Source: an uncultured virus (IMG/VR IMGVR_UViG_3300028557_000030) (lineage: Duplodnaviria > Heunggongvirae > Uroviricota > Caudoviricetes). Taken from it: a DNA stretch of 64,000 nt. The DNA lies in the IMG/VR virus record IMGVR_UViG_3300028557_000030; one strand, 5' to 3'. Below, piece by piece: positions 18,509 to 31,000 of the stretch. Both the position numbers and the translations under genes were made by a program. The notes beneath the pieces were generated by a model. The model was not told the DNA's origin, did not search any database, and saw only the letters and a program-made list of their open reading frames with translations. The stretch's first letter is position 1, and every line of letters starts with the position of its first letter.

Positions 18509-19465
18509 TTAGGAACCTGACACTGAAGCAGCTAGATTTACCGTACCCCAAGTGTTTGCTAGGTTAGTTGTTTCTGGGTACTGTACTGTCAGGATTGAGT
18601 TTGAACCTGCTGATGCGGTCAATCCAGTAGAGTTGAGTTCTGCCCAATTGCAATAGATGTTAATCACGTTACCAACGTCACCGTTAGACCCAACCGTGCC
18701 GTTCGTCTTTACGCTGATACCGATGTTGGTGTTGGTATATCCCACAGGGGCAGAAGCGACTAACTGTTTGAATAATATTACGTTAGAAGTGTTCCAAGCA
18801 TAATATCCGAGGTTCTGTTCGAGCGTGTTTACGGTGCCGGTACCAGCGACCTTAGTTACACCGTTGAATGATTTAGTAGCAACCGTGATAGTTCCGCTTG
18901 TAGGGGCCGAAAGCACAATCGTGCCGCAAGCAGTTGCTAGGGCATTGAGTGAGTTATCAATCGTAGTACCGGTTGGGTGACTGAAAGTGAGTTTGAATTG
19001 TCCACCCGCATTAAAGAAGTAGCGAGCAGCGTCACCGTTAGCAAAAGTAGCAGTAAGGTTAGCAGTGATGCTGGAATTCCAAGTTGATGCGCGGTTAGCG
19101 GAAGTAACAGCAGTTGACCCCTGAGTCGCAGCGTTCAATCTATTAGAGTAGATTGTTGTTAAGTTGGTCGGGATTGCCGACAAGAAAGTGATTGTACCAC
19201 CTGAGACCGGAGCAGTTACCGAAGTGATAGATGATCCTTGGTGAGAAGCTGCACTTGCGGTAGTGGTTACTAGCGAAGCCCACTGCCCGGTCGCTGCAAC
19301 AGTTTGTCCAACCGTAACGTTTGCTAGTGCAGTTTGCCCGTACCCAGTAGCACTACCTCCAGTAGCCCAGACTGCATTGAGTGTGTTCACACTAGTTGTA
19401 GGATTCCCTCCAACTAGTGTGTTGAAATCAGAAGCCTGAATTGTACCAAATTGTGCGTAACTCAT
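18509..19465 (-). CDS. virion structural protein (tail fibre-associated)
   Basis: T/S/G/A-rich; ARYFFNAGG motif; lies within the structural module. Confidence 0.6.
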   Translation of the reverse strand: MSYAQFGTIQASDFNTLVGGNPTTSVNTLNAVWATGGSATGYGQTALANVTVGQTVAATGQWASLVTTTASAASHQGSSITSVTAPVSGGTITFLSAIPTNLTTIYSNRLNAATQGSTAVTSANRASTWNSSITANLTATFANGDAARYFFNAGGQFKLTFSHPTGTTIDNSLNALATACGTIVLSAPTSGTITVATKSFNGVTKVAGTGTVNTLEQNLGYYAWNTSNVILFKQLVASAPVGYTNTNIGISVKTNGTVGSNGDVGNVINIYCNWAELNSTGLTASAGSNSILTVQYPETTNLANTWGTVNLAASVSGS

Positions 19466-19477
19466 TATTCGTTCCTA

Positions 19478-20710
19478 TTAATTAATTGACACGAAGGCTT
19501 CGACAAATCCGATGCCCTCATCATTTTTGTCTTCTAATGCTCTTCCGATCACGTTGAACGGCGATGCTTCACCTGCCTTAGCGGCACGAGCAACCCCGAT
19601 GCCTGCGCTAACAAGACGATCACCTTTCTTAATAGAACCCTGCACTTTAACTGGTACGCGACCTGAAACAGCAACCGCAGGGTGCGTGTCATCATCGCCT
19701 GCAGCAGAGTTCATCAAGTAAGCAGCAGTTTCAGAGATAACACCGAATACATCTTCTGACAGTTCAAATTGAACAGCAGTGATCTCGTTAGTGCCACCGA
19801 GTTGAACGACCGTGCCTGCATCATATGTGTCATCAGCAGCGAAGCGTTCGGCCAAATCAGCATAAGTAGCGTTGAGGCGTGAGCCAGTCGTTAGTGACCA
19901 ATTACCAGTGATGGAACCGGTAGTAGTGTTTGCCCCAGCAGATAATGTTCTACCATTAAATACTGTTGCGCCGCCAGATGAGCCTACATTTCCTACATAA
20001 GTAGGGAGGAATGCTTCAACGTTTGCGTTACTGTACGTTCCTGAGAACGAGATCGCGACTCCGTTTGCCCACATGTATCTGTCAGTCTTGATACCGTAAA
20101 GATTGGCGCCGGCCGAATTACTGATCGCTAAGTTACCATTAATGACTACAAGAGAGTTACCAGTGACAGAACCATTAACAGTCCATCCACCTGTCAAATT
20201 TCCAGCAGTAGTCTGGCTACCGGAAGTAATATTTGCAACGGTTAGAAGTGTAGTTACGTTTGCGTTAGCGATTGAAGCATTTGCGATGTTAGCATTGGCA
20301 CTGACTGTAAGAAAATTTGTTGTGACGAGGTTCGCACTTACATTGCTTGATGCTGACACATTGTTAGCCGATAAGTTTCCTGTTACTGTAACAGCCCCGA
20401 ACGTTGTCGTGCCACCTGATGAGGTTGAAGTGAGTGATAACCAGTTTGATGCAGAAGTAGTGCCGTCTGCTGGGCAGACATACAATGTGCTATTGTTCGT
20501 ATTGAACCAAAGCTGACCTCTCAATGGATTAGAAGGAGGGGTACTTGCTGCGAAATTTTCTAAGGTATGGACAAAGTTAGTGTCAAGCGTTTCGCCGTAA
20601 CCTGCGTAATTTCTACCAGGTAAACCAATAGAGGTACTAGTAGTGTTTATTGTACCATCAGGAATGGTTGTTAATACTGTACCATCTGTTTTTACAATTG
20701 TATATGCCAT
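19478..20710 (-). CDS. tail fibre protein with C-terminal intramolecular chaperone-like domain
   Basis: C-terminal YADLAERF...GVIS...VAVSGRVPVKV.G.IKKGDRLVS...VIGRALE; the N-terminus is shared with 21697-24249. Confidence 0.7.
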   Translation of the reverse strand: MAYTIVKTDGTVLTTIPDGTINTTSTSIGLPGRNYAGYGETLDTNFVHTLENFAASTPPSNPLRGQLWFNTNNSTLYVCPADGTTSASNWLSLTSTSSGGTTTFGAVTVTGNLSANNVSASSNVSANLVTTNFLTVSANANIANASIANANVTTLLTVANITSGSQTTAGNLTGGWTVNGSVTGNSLVVINGNLAISNSAGANLYGIKTDRYMWANGVAISFSGTYSNANVEAFLPTYVGNVGSSGGATVFNGRTLSAGANTTTGSITGNWSLTTGSRLNATYADLAERFAADDTYDAGTVVQLGGTNEITAVQFELSEDVFGVISETAAYLMNSAAGDDDTHPAVAVSGRVPVKVQGSIKKGDRLVSAGIGVARAAKAGEASPFNVIGRALEDKNDEGIGFVEAFVSIN

Positions 20711-20744
20711 TATTAAATCGCTCCGTTATTCTTATTTATCATTG

Positions 20745-21689
20745 CTAGCATATATAAGCAGGGAAAGCTGAAAGACCCAGTCCTACTATATAAAAACAGG
20801 TTACATAGACAGTTTGTCCCGGAGAAACCGTCCCTAAATTCCAAGCATTATATGCAGAAAAGTCGCCGAAGCCGTAGTTCACCCCTGTCAAGACAGTAGT
20901 AGGATTATATAAAGGCCAAGCGGCGATGATCGCAGTGTTGCAGGTGAACCCGTTGCCAGGGGTATATACACACACTGACTTGCCAGACGAGTATCCTCCT
21001 GCGGAAAACGCAACATTGTTAGGTGCTACCGGGGAAATTCCCCTACCGTTGGTGGTAGGAAACCCATCAAAGTCGCAATCGCCTCCGCGCTGTGCTAATA
21101 AAGTATGACTAGTTACAGTCGTGTTAGTATAAGACATTTGCATACGAACCATAGACTCACCTGGATAAGAGAAGTATTGGAAGACCGCATGTCCGTAAGT
21201 TGTTCCGCCCATCAGTACTATGATTCTACCGTCTGATGCTTGCCAAGAACGCACCGTGTTATTAGCAAGCGTTCCTCCTGCTTGCTCGTTACCGCCCCCT
21301 AAAAGCACCGAGTTATCTACTTCAAATATCCCCATTTCGTGAGGGGTTCCGGTCTGAAAACAATCATCAAAATCACTGTACGTATAGCTACTTGTACCGG
21401 TAGGATCGTAAAGTAGCATGTAGCGTGAAGGTGAGGTATCTCCGATTTCTCCGGTTCCGAATACCCCTCTTCCTTGGCCGTTGATGAGATACTTTATAAA
21501 TCCAGTGTCAATGTCCCAAGCATAAGCGTTCAATTGCGGTGTTCCCAGTTGTGACAGCGTATAACCATCAGAGGCTTCAGGTATTAATAAAGGGAAGGTG
21601 TAGCCGCTATTAGCGCAGCTGGTGTCCGACGCTGATGGGTCTAGCCATGCTCTGTAACTGCCTGCACTGAATGTTCCGACTCTGCTCAT
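20745..21689 (-). CDS. hypothetical protein, possible fibre tip/receptor-binding accessory
   Basis: Likely start MSRVGTF at 21689; G/Y/T-rich beta-type sequence lying between two fibre genes. Confidence 0.5.
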   Translation of the reverse strand: MSRVGTFSAGSYRAWLDPSASDTSCANSGYTFPLLIPEASDGYTLSQLGTPQLNAYAWDIDTGFIKYLINGQGRGVFGTGEIGDTSPSRYMLLYDPTGTSSYTYSDFDDCFQTGTPHEMGIFEVDNSVLLGGGNEQAGGTLANNTVRSWQASDGRIIVLMGGTTYGHAVFQYFSYPGESMVRMQMSYTNTTVTSHTLLAQRGGDCDFDGFPTTNGRGISPVAPNNVAFSAGGYSSGKSVCVYTPGNGFTCNTAIIAAWPLYNPTTVLTGVNYGFGDFSAYNAWNLGTVSPGQTVYVTCFYIVGLGLSAFPAYIC

Positions 21690-21696
21690 TGCTAGC

Positions 21697-24249
21697 TTAT
21701 CCGTAGTTTGACGTTGACGCAAACACTGTATATGCTGCTGACCCGGTCTTCACGATAGTAAAAGTATATGCAGTTACTTTATTAGGAGTTCCCGCAACAG
21801 GTGCACTATTTAACCATTTCGGGGTTACCGAGACACTATCAATCGTAAATGCAGTAGGGTAATATGGTGTTGCGCCGACTGTAGCTAGCAGCGTAGTAGT
21901 AGACATTTGACCTGTTGCTAGATAAGAATTTGCTGTGACGGAGCTATTCCCTCTGAAGTTGATTACCCAATTTCCGGTAGCGTCGACCGTGTAATAGTTA
22001 GTTGAGGGGCCAATCAAGTTTACGTTAATCGCGCCAGTCAATGCTGAACCCACAAGGTTAACTTGTTCAATGATGTCTCTGACTTGCTGTGTGCCGGAAG
22101 AAAACGAAGTGTTTCCAGTAGCAGAGATAGCACCTGTTACATTCACTGTTCCTGCAACATTTAAACCTGATAGAATACCAAGACTAGTGATGTTTGGCTG
22201 TGCGTTAGTTGTTACCGTATCGGCAGTGGTAGCAGAGGTTGCAGTAGTTGCAGCCGTAGCCAGCGACACCGTGCCGCTGACATTCGAACCATTGATGTTG
22301 GAGATAGCAAATCCATTACCAGACAAGTTGCCGCTAACATTGGCTGCTGTGATATTACCGCTAGAGGTCAACGAGACAAGAGTACCGACAGATGTGATAT
22401 TCGGCTGTGCATTATTGGTAACTGTGTTAGCTGTATCAGAAGGTCCCGAAGCTCCGGCAATGTCTGCATATACCGCATTTGCTACTTTGCCAGTGACGTT
22501 AGCAGCCGGTAGATTCGTAAGGGCCGCGCCGTTCCCGAAATGATTACCTGTTAGATTAGCACCGCTTATGTTACCTGTTACTGCGAGACTAGTTAGTGTG
22601 CCAACACTAGTGATGTTTGGTTGTGCCGCGGTTGTTACCGCACCGGCAGTGGTAGCAGAGGTTGCGCTACTCACGGTCCCCACTACATTTCCTGCCGGAA
22701 TGTTGGTTAGTCCTGCACCGCTACCGAAGAATGAACTGATCACATTGCCCGAATTGATGTTTCCAGTTACTGCCAACGAAGTCAACGTGCCAACAGATGT
22801 GATGTTAGGCTGTGAGGAATTAACGATAGCACCGGCATATGCAGCGTAGTTTGCATTTGCAATAGTACCGGAAATATTGCCTACTGTTAGGTTAGTTAGT
22901 CCGGATCCATCACCGACAAAAGCAGTAGCATTTAGTGTTCCCGAAACAATCACGCTACTAGATGCAATAATAAGAACGTTGTTGACACCGTTTACAGATG
23001 CAACGATACTACCATTAGGGGAAGCGATGTTGATGTTTGATGTACCATTTATGATATTAGATACCGACGTATTAATGCCGCTAAGTAGACTACCGTTACC
23101 AACAAAATAGTTAGCCAAGATGTTGCCGTTAGCGTCTCTTACCGCAACTGTATCTGGGGTAGCAGTTACAGCACTATTATAGTTATCAAGAAGGTCGGCA
23201 TTTAGATTTGCAACTTTAGTAGTTGACAATACTGTTAGCGGAGCGGTTCCGTTAGAAACAGTAGAAATGACTTGTCCAGTAGTCAATGTTCCGCTTACTA
23301 CTAGTGAGGTCAACGTACCAACAGATGTGATGTTTGGTTGACCCGTGCCCAGTACATTGACAGCATAGATAGCAGTGTTGGCACTATCAACTATACTGCT
23401 GATGCTAGTTCCCGGAATGTTTGTTAACCCGTTGATGAGAGAACCAGCTTGAACGGTCCAATTACCGATGATTATTCCCGGATTAGAAGCAGAACCTGTG
23501 TTTAAGGTGTCGCCGTTTAAGTTTGCGCCACCCCCGATAAGACCGATTTCTCCGGTATAGACAGGTAGAAAGGCTGCAACATTTGCGTTAGTGTATGTTC
23601 CGTCAAAACTGACTGCAACACCATTCGCATACATGTATGAGTCAGTCTTGATACCGTAGCCGCCGTTAGCTATGTATAGATTACCGTCGCTTATACGCAG
23701 TGAATTACCGTCTAGTCCACCGGAGACTGTCCAAGTTCCAATCATGTTACCGACAAGCAGTTGAGATCCAGTGCTGACTAGATTCGTCAGTACGTTGCTT
23801 GCTACTAGATTTCCAGTAACATTTGCATTAGTAATGTTTGCATTCACGTTTACAGTAGCATAATTAACTGTGATTGCATTTGCCGTTGCTGAATTACTTA
23901 TTGTCGCGGTGTTTGCAGTAATGTTGTCGGTAACAGTAAGATTGCCAAAAGAAGCATTACTGCCGACAGTAGAGATTACTACCCAACTGCTAGCAGAAGG
24001 CGAATCACTCGGAGCTACGCACAGTGTACTGTTAGCGGTATTATACCAGAGTTGCCCCTTCAACGCTGCATTGGGCGGAGTGCTATCTGCAAAGTTCTCA
24101 ATAACGTGGACAAAATTAGTGTCTACGACCTGTCCGTAACCGGGGTAAAGTCTTCCAGGCAATCCTACCGAGGTGCTGTTGGTGTTGATGGTGCCATCGG
24201 GGATAGTCGTTAAGACCGTACCGTCACTTTTTAGAATTACGTATGACAC
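21697..24249 (-). CDS. tail fibre protein with QPNITSVGTL repeats
   Basis: Five copies of QPNITS(V/L)G(T/I)L; VANLNADLLD motif; N-terminus paralogous to 19478-20710. Confidence 0.75.
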   Translation of the reverse strand: MSYVILKSDGTVLTTIPDGTINTNSTSVGLPGRLYPGYGQVVDTNFVHVIENFADSTPPNAALKGQLWYNTANSTLCVAPSDSPSASSWVVISTVGSNASFGNLTVTDNITANTATISNSATANAITVNYATVNVNANITNANVTGNLVASNVLTNLVSTGSQLLVGNMIGTWTVSGGLDGNSLRISDGNLYIANGGYGIKTDSYMYANGVAVSFDGTYTNANVAAFLPVYTGEIGLIGGGANLNGDTLNTGSASNPGIIIGNWTVQAGSLINGLTNIPGTSISSIVDSANTAIYAVNVLGTGQPNITSVGTLTSLVVSGTLTTGQVISTVSNGTAPLTVLSTTKVANLNADLLDNYNSAVTATPDTVAVRDANGNILANYFVGNGSLLSGINTSVSNIINGTSNINIASPNGSIVASVNGVNNVLIIASSSVIVSGTLNATAFVGDGSGLTNLTVGNISGTIANANYAAYAGAIVNSSQPNITSVGTLTSLAVTGNINSGNVISSFFGSGAGLTNIPAGNVVGTVSSATSATTAGAVTTAAQPNITSVGTLTSLAVTGNISGANLTGNHFGNGAALTNLPAANVTGKVANAVYADIAGASGPSDTANTVTNNAQPNITSVGTLVSLTSSGNITAANVSGNLSGNGFAISNINGSNVSGTVSLATAATTATSATTADTVTTNAQPNITSLGILSGLNVAGTVNVTGAISATGNTSFSSGTQQVRDIIEQVNLVGSALTGAINVNLIGPSTNYYTVDATGNWVINFRGNSSVTANSYLATGQMSTTTLLATVGATPYYPTAFTIDSVSVTPKWLNSAPVAGTPNKVTAYTFTIVKTGSAAYTVFASTSNYG

Positions 24250-24267
24250 TTCACCTACACTCCGTTA

Positions 24268-24888
24268 TTAAATTGTTATTAGATTAGTCAAACTCTGAAT
24301 ACGCACCGTATAATCAATTTGAATCTGTCTGTTTAGAGACTTTTGCACAGGGTGAAATACTACGTGCGTCAGTAATCTAGTGATAGTATCACCATTAGCA
24401 TCTGTGCCGTAGTTGGCCAATAATCCTAGTTCGTCGAAGATGTAATCAGAGTTTATTGATGTACTGTTGTCGAATGCTGCTTGACCTGCGGGTTGTCCGT
24501 AGTCTAGTAAACACTGGACAAGGATATCACTATAAAGAAGGCCTGCGCTGTGCAGAACAGTCATCTTATTTCTAGTTGGATCTAGGTTGAATACGCTAGT
24601 ATCGTCTACGATTTTTTCATAAGTTTGATTATAAAGTGCAGCATTTTGACCAGTCGTATTTGGGGGAAGATAGGTAATAACACCGGTCTCGTCGATTGAT
24701 GCTGCACCGTTGCCGAACGCCATCTCATAGATTTGTCCATAACCGCGACTGCTCAACGAGTCTGCAATAGCCTCTGACATATTTTCATAGTTGATGGCAT
24801 TCTTCTTTTCTACGAAGATTTCCCCATTGTTAGGGTCGTAGATTTTGAGAAATCCCTCAACCTTGTATGACAACGTAATCACAGACAT
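24268..24888 (-). CDS. virion structural protein (baseplate/fibre attachment-like)
   Basis: MAFGNG...FDELGL...LLTHVVFHPVQKSLNR; structural gene context. Confidence 0.55.
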   Translation of the reverse strand: MSVITLSYKVEGFLKIYDPNNGEIFVEKKNAINYENMSEAIADSLSSRGYGQIYEMAFGNGAASIDETGVITYLPPNTTGQNAALYNQTYEKIVDDTSVFNLDPTRNKMTVLHSAGLLYSDILVQCLLDYGQPAGQAAFDNSTSINSDYIFDELGLLANYGTDANGDTITRLLTHVVFHPVQKSLNRQIQIDYTVRIQSLTNLITI

Positions 24889-25040
24889 TAATCGTCCCCT
24901 CTTTTGTGCAGAATTACTTCACCTGAATTAGGATCAAAAATCTTTATACCAGAAGAAAAGTAAATTCCACTGTGTTCGTCGGGCTTTCTAGTAGGAAGCT
25001 GATCCTGCTTACCATCATTGTTTGGTTTATAATCTTTCAT
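24888..25040 (-). CDS. small protein (50 aa)
   Basis: Hand translation MKDYKPNNDGKQDQLPTRKPDEHSGIYFSSGIKIFDPNSGEVILHKRGD*; ATAAATA at 25046-25052; the stop overlaps the next ATG. Confidence 0.7.
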   Translation of the reverse strand: MKDYKPNNDGKQDQLPTRKPDEHSGIYFSSGIKIFDPNSGEVILHKRGDD

Positions 25041-25064
25041 TTCTTTATTTATCATTCAGGGAAC

Positions 25065-28000
25065 TCACGTATTTAAGAATTCAGCCGGAACCGTTTGGCT
25101 GATTTGCAAAGGATCACCGTCTATTGGGTTATAAACATACGAGTTCCAGACTAAATTATAGTCAATATCACTCATTCTATTGATGCCCAAAAGTCCTATT
25201 ACATCGGTATATTCAGGAATTATTAATTGTGCTCCGGTGCCGTCTGCCCCTCGCTCTAGGCCACTCAACGTATTAGCCGAGAAGTCTACGTTACTGAATC
25301 GGATTAGCTCTCCGTTGACATAAACGGTGTTACCTTCAAGTGAAGTTATTGTCAGAGAATTACCTGCAGCGATCCAAGAACCTGAAGCAATTTTTAAAAT
25401 CGGCGCAGCGTCAACTAAGATGATGCTTATATAATCGTTACTGATATTTTGACCAGTAGTATTATTATAAACCGTTACTCCGGTTAATGTTCTCTTATCC
25501 GAGTCTAAACCAATGTTGTAGTAACCGGCAACTGCTATAGGTGCAGTAACGTTTTGAACAACTTGTTGGGTCAATGATGTAACATCCCCTACATACATTA
25601 CAGTATCTAGAATACCTAACGTACGGGTCAACCAAGTTCTAGTCTCGTCATTTGCAGAATACACTGCTGGATTACCTGCATAATCTACTAAATTCAAGTA
25701 AACTTGTTGATCTGGAGTAGCAGAAGGCATCATGCTAGTGATGATGACAATATCCCCTGGATTGATTGAAGACAGGATGCTAACCTCATTTACGTCATTC
25801 AGCTTGAGCTTAGATGACGGAACTCTATAGCCGTTTATAGTTACCCATAGACGGTCTACGTTAGTCTGTTGCCACTGAGTGACGTTGATGTAGCCAGTGT
25901 CATTTGTCAGGGCGGTTGCCGGACCCCCTCTAGTTGATGAAACCGTGATCGCTCCACCGACAATGAAGTCACGAACATAATACTCAGTGCCCTGAATGAG
26001 GCCGCCCATCAAGTTGTCGCCGTTCTGGTTTCCAGACTGTGTGAAGTAGACAGGTGTCCCGTAGACTAGTCCTGCAGTTGAGTTTACCGTGATCTGACCA
26101 GTAACCGATGTTGCAGTAGCATACGTGTTAACAAGATAGAATGAACCCTGTCTCCAGATGAAGCCACCGGATACATAATTGGATACCGTAGTTACCGGAT
26201 AGTTAACTCCGTTTAGATCAGCCGTGTAAGGCTGATTATATAGGTCGAATGTGTAATTATTGATCACTCGCACATAGTAGGTATTGTTATTCAATTGAGT
26301 TGAACCCTCAACACCATCGATTCTTACAAGTGTATTAGTAGTGAATCCTGTTTGAATTGCAGTGGTTACACGTACCGCAGATTGCCCACCGACGGTCACT
26401 TCTATGGTTCCGGTAGCCGTAGATAGCGGAACTATGTCTCCGTCAGCATCCTCAATCGTAAAGTGAGTACCGTCAACAACAGAGTTTACAAAATAAACAG
26501 TTCCATCAGTTGCAACCCCTCCGAAAGCAGTACCCCTAAATTCTACAGTTGCCCCTGCAATAAATCCAGCTGTGCTTGTAACTGTAATTTCATCGGTGCC
26601 GCCATCTGTAGCAGTAGCAAGCGTAGTCGCTAAAGGAGGAGTGATATTGTTGTTGACATTGGTAATTTCTGCTACAATCAATGCGTTAGCGTTAGCAGTC
26701 ATTGCACCGCTATCGTTGGTCAACTGGAACGCAGTTCCTCCTGGTGTAGTTGAGATTACGAAATCAGTACTATCGAGGATTTCAATCACATAGTAAGTTT
26801 GTCCTGCAACTATTCCGCCGATAGTAGGAGCATCAAAGATGATAGGATCGTTGACCGTAAGCACCCCGGTTGAGCCCGAAGACAGGCTCAACCAGCTCTC
26901 TTGTTCATCCCACGACACTACCGAAGGAGAGTCTTGGTCCCAAGACTGAACATCAGGATCATCTTGGTCCCATGTCCCGCTTGTATTAGTCGTTGTGCCC
27001 ACTGTGAATGTAGCAAACGCACTACCGATGTTACCCGAAATACCATACTGAGTATTCAAATACTGCCGTCCCGTTTTGTTATAGCTAGTGACAGAAACGA
27101 TTGAGTTTGCTGCCGGGACCGCAAAGAACGTTACGCTGTTTGTTACAAAGCTAATATTGTATGCAGACGAGTTCTGTCTTACTCCATCAATTTCTACAAC
27201 CGCGTTGATTGGATTGTCTTCTCCTACAAAGTTAGACAACACAAACGAAACTTCTGTTCCGTTGGCTACAAACTCTTGTCTTTGCGGGATAGTGTATCCG
27301 TATGTGATAGGTGAGCCTTCACCAAACACAGAATAGCAGAGATAGTCATTATCATTAGTGTAGCTGTCTGTTGCAAAAATCAACGTTGCTTGAATATTGT
27401 TCGGCTGTAGTCCGAAAGCAAAGTCGTTGGTGATGTAATATGCACCTCCGGTCGCATCAGTCAATGTCAAGTTAGGTCCGCTAGGTGAAGTAGAGATAGT
27501 GAAGTTCGTGCTGTCAATGATTGATGTTACATAATATCTTGTCATCGGTTCAACTACATTACCAAACATCGTGTCACTAAATGTTACCGGCATCCCTACA
27601 GTCATACCAGCAGTTGAGTTGGTAATGATTGCGTTTGTTGATGCCGAAGTACCGGTGACTTGACTTGACCGCCCCTCTACTAGTAGAGTACCGTTATGCA
27701 TCACGTAAGGTGCAGTCCAAGGAACATCAGAACCATATGTTAGGTTGATGTACATTGTTCCGGTATCAGTTGTCAGTAGTGCAGTTGGTCCTGCAATGCC
27801 AGTGATAGGATCATATGATAGTGAAACAGTAATTGATTCAGTAATATTACTCACTGACTTAATGTAGTATGTAGTATTAGGCTGAATGTTTCCAAACAAG
27901 GTACCGGTAAATGTTATGGCTTCACCAATCGAAAACTTTGATGCGTCGTCGCACGTAATCTCATTTGTTACGCTGCTAGTGGCTACCGCAGTCACCACGA

Positions 28001-31000
28001 CATCAAATGAGCCCGGTTGAATCACGCCGCCGCCGTTGAATATGCTATCGCTGTAGTTGCAGTTCAAGTAAATTTCATTGAATCCGGTATTGGAGTTGGT
28101 TCTGATCGGATCATTATGAGTGCTTGACTTAACTAGCTGGTCACCGTTACCTACTTCATACACATCGATTCTTAATGTTTCTAGAGAAGGAGTGAATGAA
28201 ATTGGGTTGTCGAGAGTAATAGTCTTGTTTACCCAGTCAACCGTATATTCAGTAGGTGACAGGGTAGTTCCTAACCCAGTAGTCGCACTCAGAACCTGAA
28301 CTGCAACTTGTGCGGGAACCTGAACAACACGATCAAAGCTGTAAGCAGTTTGTGTCTGTGACTCTGGAACAATTTCAAGTGAAACTACGCTATAGCCCAC
28401 GTTAGCATATTCTGCTGCATCCCAGTTTGTACCGGGGCGTGTAGTAACAGTGATAGCTATACTATCACGCACATTGCCGGCAACTAGTTCTTCGGGTGCG
28501 TACCCGTATGGGAAATCTGCGCCCTGGACGGTGTACGTCGAAGGAAGAACCTCATCGAACGGTTGATCTTGCAAATTCGTGTCTACTTCAAATTGCTTTG
28601 AAGGCTCGAACGCATTACCATAATAGATTGGGTTCGGATAAGAAACACCTTCAAACAACTGTGTCAGATCAACGCCCGGCATGTTTGCAGTTGGTTGATA
28701 GTAACCGATGACTCTATCCATAGCGTTTATATTACGAGAACCAGGGTCGACCAACTGCCACTTACCAAAGATGAACTCTGGATCATTGTTTGATACCAAG
28801 CATTCATATAGTCTGTTGTTGTATCTGATGATAGATGGTTGGAAGAAGAACGGTTGAGGCAGATAAGCAAAGCTACCTGGCTTAGCCATCGTCATTGAAC
28901 CAGATGTGTCAGTTGATATGTTGAGTGTTGTGCCAGCAGGAACAGCCGACAATGTTACTGTAGTCGAAGTAGGCAAAGACTTGATGTAGTATGTTTGACC
29001 TAATACAATTTCTGATGCAAAAATATCACCACTAAAGACTACTGCATCATTTAAATCGAAGACAGATGAATCACCAACAGTAATTCTATCGTTGGAAGCA
29101 GCCGTAGCAGTAGTCGATGTTAACCCCTCATAAGGGAAAGTATTTCCACTTACTGGAATTGTCATTAACGAATTTTCGTAAACTTCAAATTGAGTAGCAG
29201 AAATAACCTTTAGGTAGTAAGATAGCTCAAGGTTAGGCGGTTGCCCTGCAGGAGAAACTCTAGTTATCACACCGTTGGCATCAATCTCACTGACTGTGAT
29301 GATGATGTCGTTCTTGGGTGACAGACCATCAACTTCTGTTCCGCTGATTGTGATCACGTTGTTAATTGCAAAACCAGACCCGCCGTTATCGATGATAGCT
29401 CTGTAGCCACCTAAGATATATGAGATATCAAACGTTGGGTTTGTGAGATTAACCTGATCTAATGCTGATGCAGTTGTGGATGTTATTAGCGATACAGGTG
29501 AGCTTCCCGGAGATGCCGAGACAGTGATGTAGGGATAACCAGTACCAACCATGAAGCCTGCATCATCTGACAGAGTAGTAGTGGTTCCGCCTGGTAATTC
29601 AGATACAGTGAATGTGGTGCTGTTAACGATGCTCTTTATAAAGTATTGATCACTGATAATTAACCCGCCCAATCCTGTACCAGAGAACGTTATTGGCATG
29701 TTCAAGTATAGATCACTCGTGTCTGTCCCAGTGTAGCAAATTAGTTGGTTTCCAGCGCTTAGTGTTTGCTGTACTTGCACTTCTAGATTTGGTAAAGTAG
29801 AGCCTCCTGCAGACTTGCCAGAATAATCTAACACGTAGTAAGTTGTTCCGGTAGATAGGTTCCCAGTTGCTACTTCAAACTGAACCGGCAAGTTAGTATA
29901 GAAGTTAGTAGTTGATTCAACTGCAACCTTGTTCACTGGCGCTGCAATAGTAGCATAAACAATAGTCTCAATTAGATTGCTAATTGCACCTGACTTATCG
30001 GTGTATTGCCCTGAAGTCTGGTAGAACTTGAATTGTTGACCGTTAACTTGACCCGGACTTACTGGAAGAGCTACGTTCATCGTTAGCTCACCGGTAGCAT
30101 CCGCTAGCGGTATCACGTTGCTTTGGTTAGTTGCAACTGCACTAGTATCAGTGGCTGCTGCTACTGTGCTGAGATCAAAGTTAACGCCGCTTTTAGTTTC
30201 AGAGATTTTAATTTGTGTTGGACTACCGTCAACTACTTCGCTTACATAATATACAGTGCCGGAAACAATGTTACCAAAGGTTGATACTTCGCTACCAGCA
30301 ATTACCATTGTGTTGAAGATTACCGGATCGTTGAAGTTGAAGTTTGCGTTAGAGTCTAGTACAACAATATCACTTGCTCCAATAGTTTCGGTCACTGTAG
30401 CAGTTATTGGCAGTACTAGTGTCGTGTCTGCAATATTCTGCAATACATTAGTGAATGTAGGATTTTTGAACTCGGAAATAGTGAAGGTCTGCTGATCGAT
30501 GATAGTATTGATGTAATACACTTCGTTTGCAATGATCTTGTTCTCGAAAGCAGCGAACTGAGCGTCTGTACCTGTAAAGAATACAGTCAAGCCAGGATAG
30601 AATCCATTGGTACCACCTGTGCCAAGAGCAGTAAGAGGGACAGTGATTGCATTGTTGCTTTCGCTAGTAGCTGTCGCAGTTAGAATTCCAGGATAGTTCA
30701 CGCTTACGATTGCAGTATCGACTACTTGTCCTGTGTAGCAAAGCACAGGAACCTCTATTGTGATACTGTTCAATGCAATAACCGTACCATTTGCATCTTC
30801 GATAGAGAAATCCGTTTCGTTAATTATTTTTGCGACATAATATGTTGTTCCAGACGTAATACCGGTTCCAGCTAAGCCACCTGTAAATTTGATTGGCATT
30901 CCTACATAGAAACCGATCGTTGATCCTGAAGCGTTTGGTTCGGTGCTATCTGATAGCACAAGTCTGATAAGGTATCTGTCCGCATCGGGGAAGCCTGACC

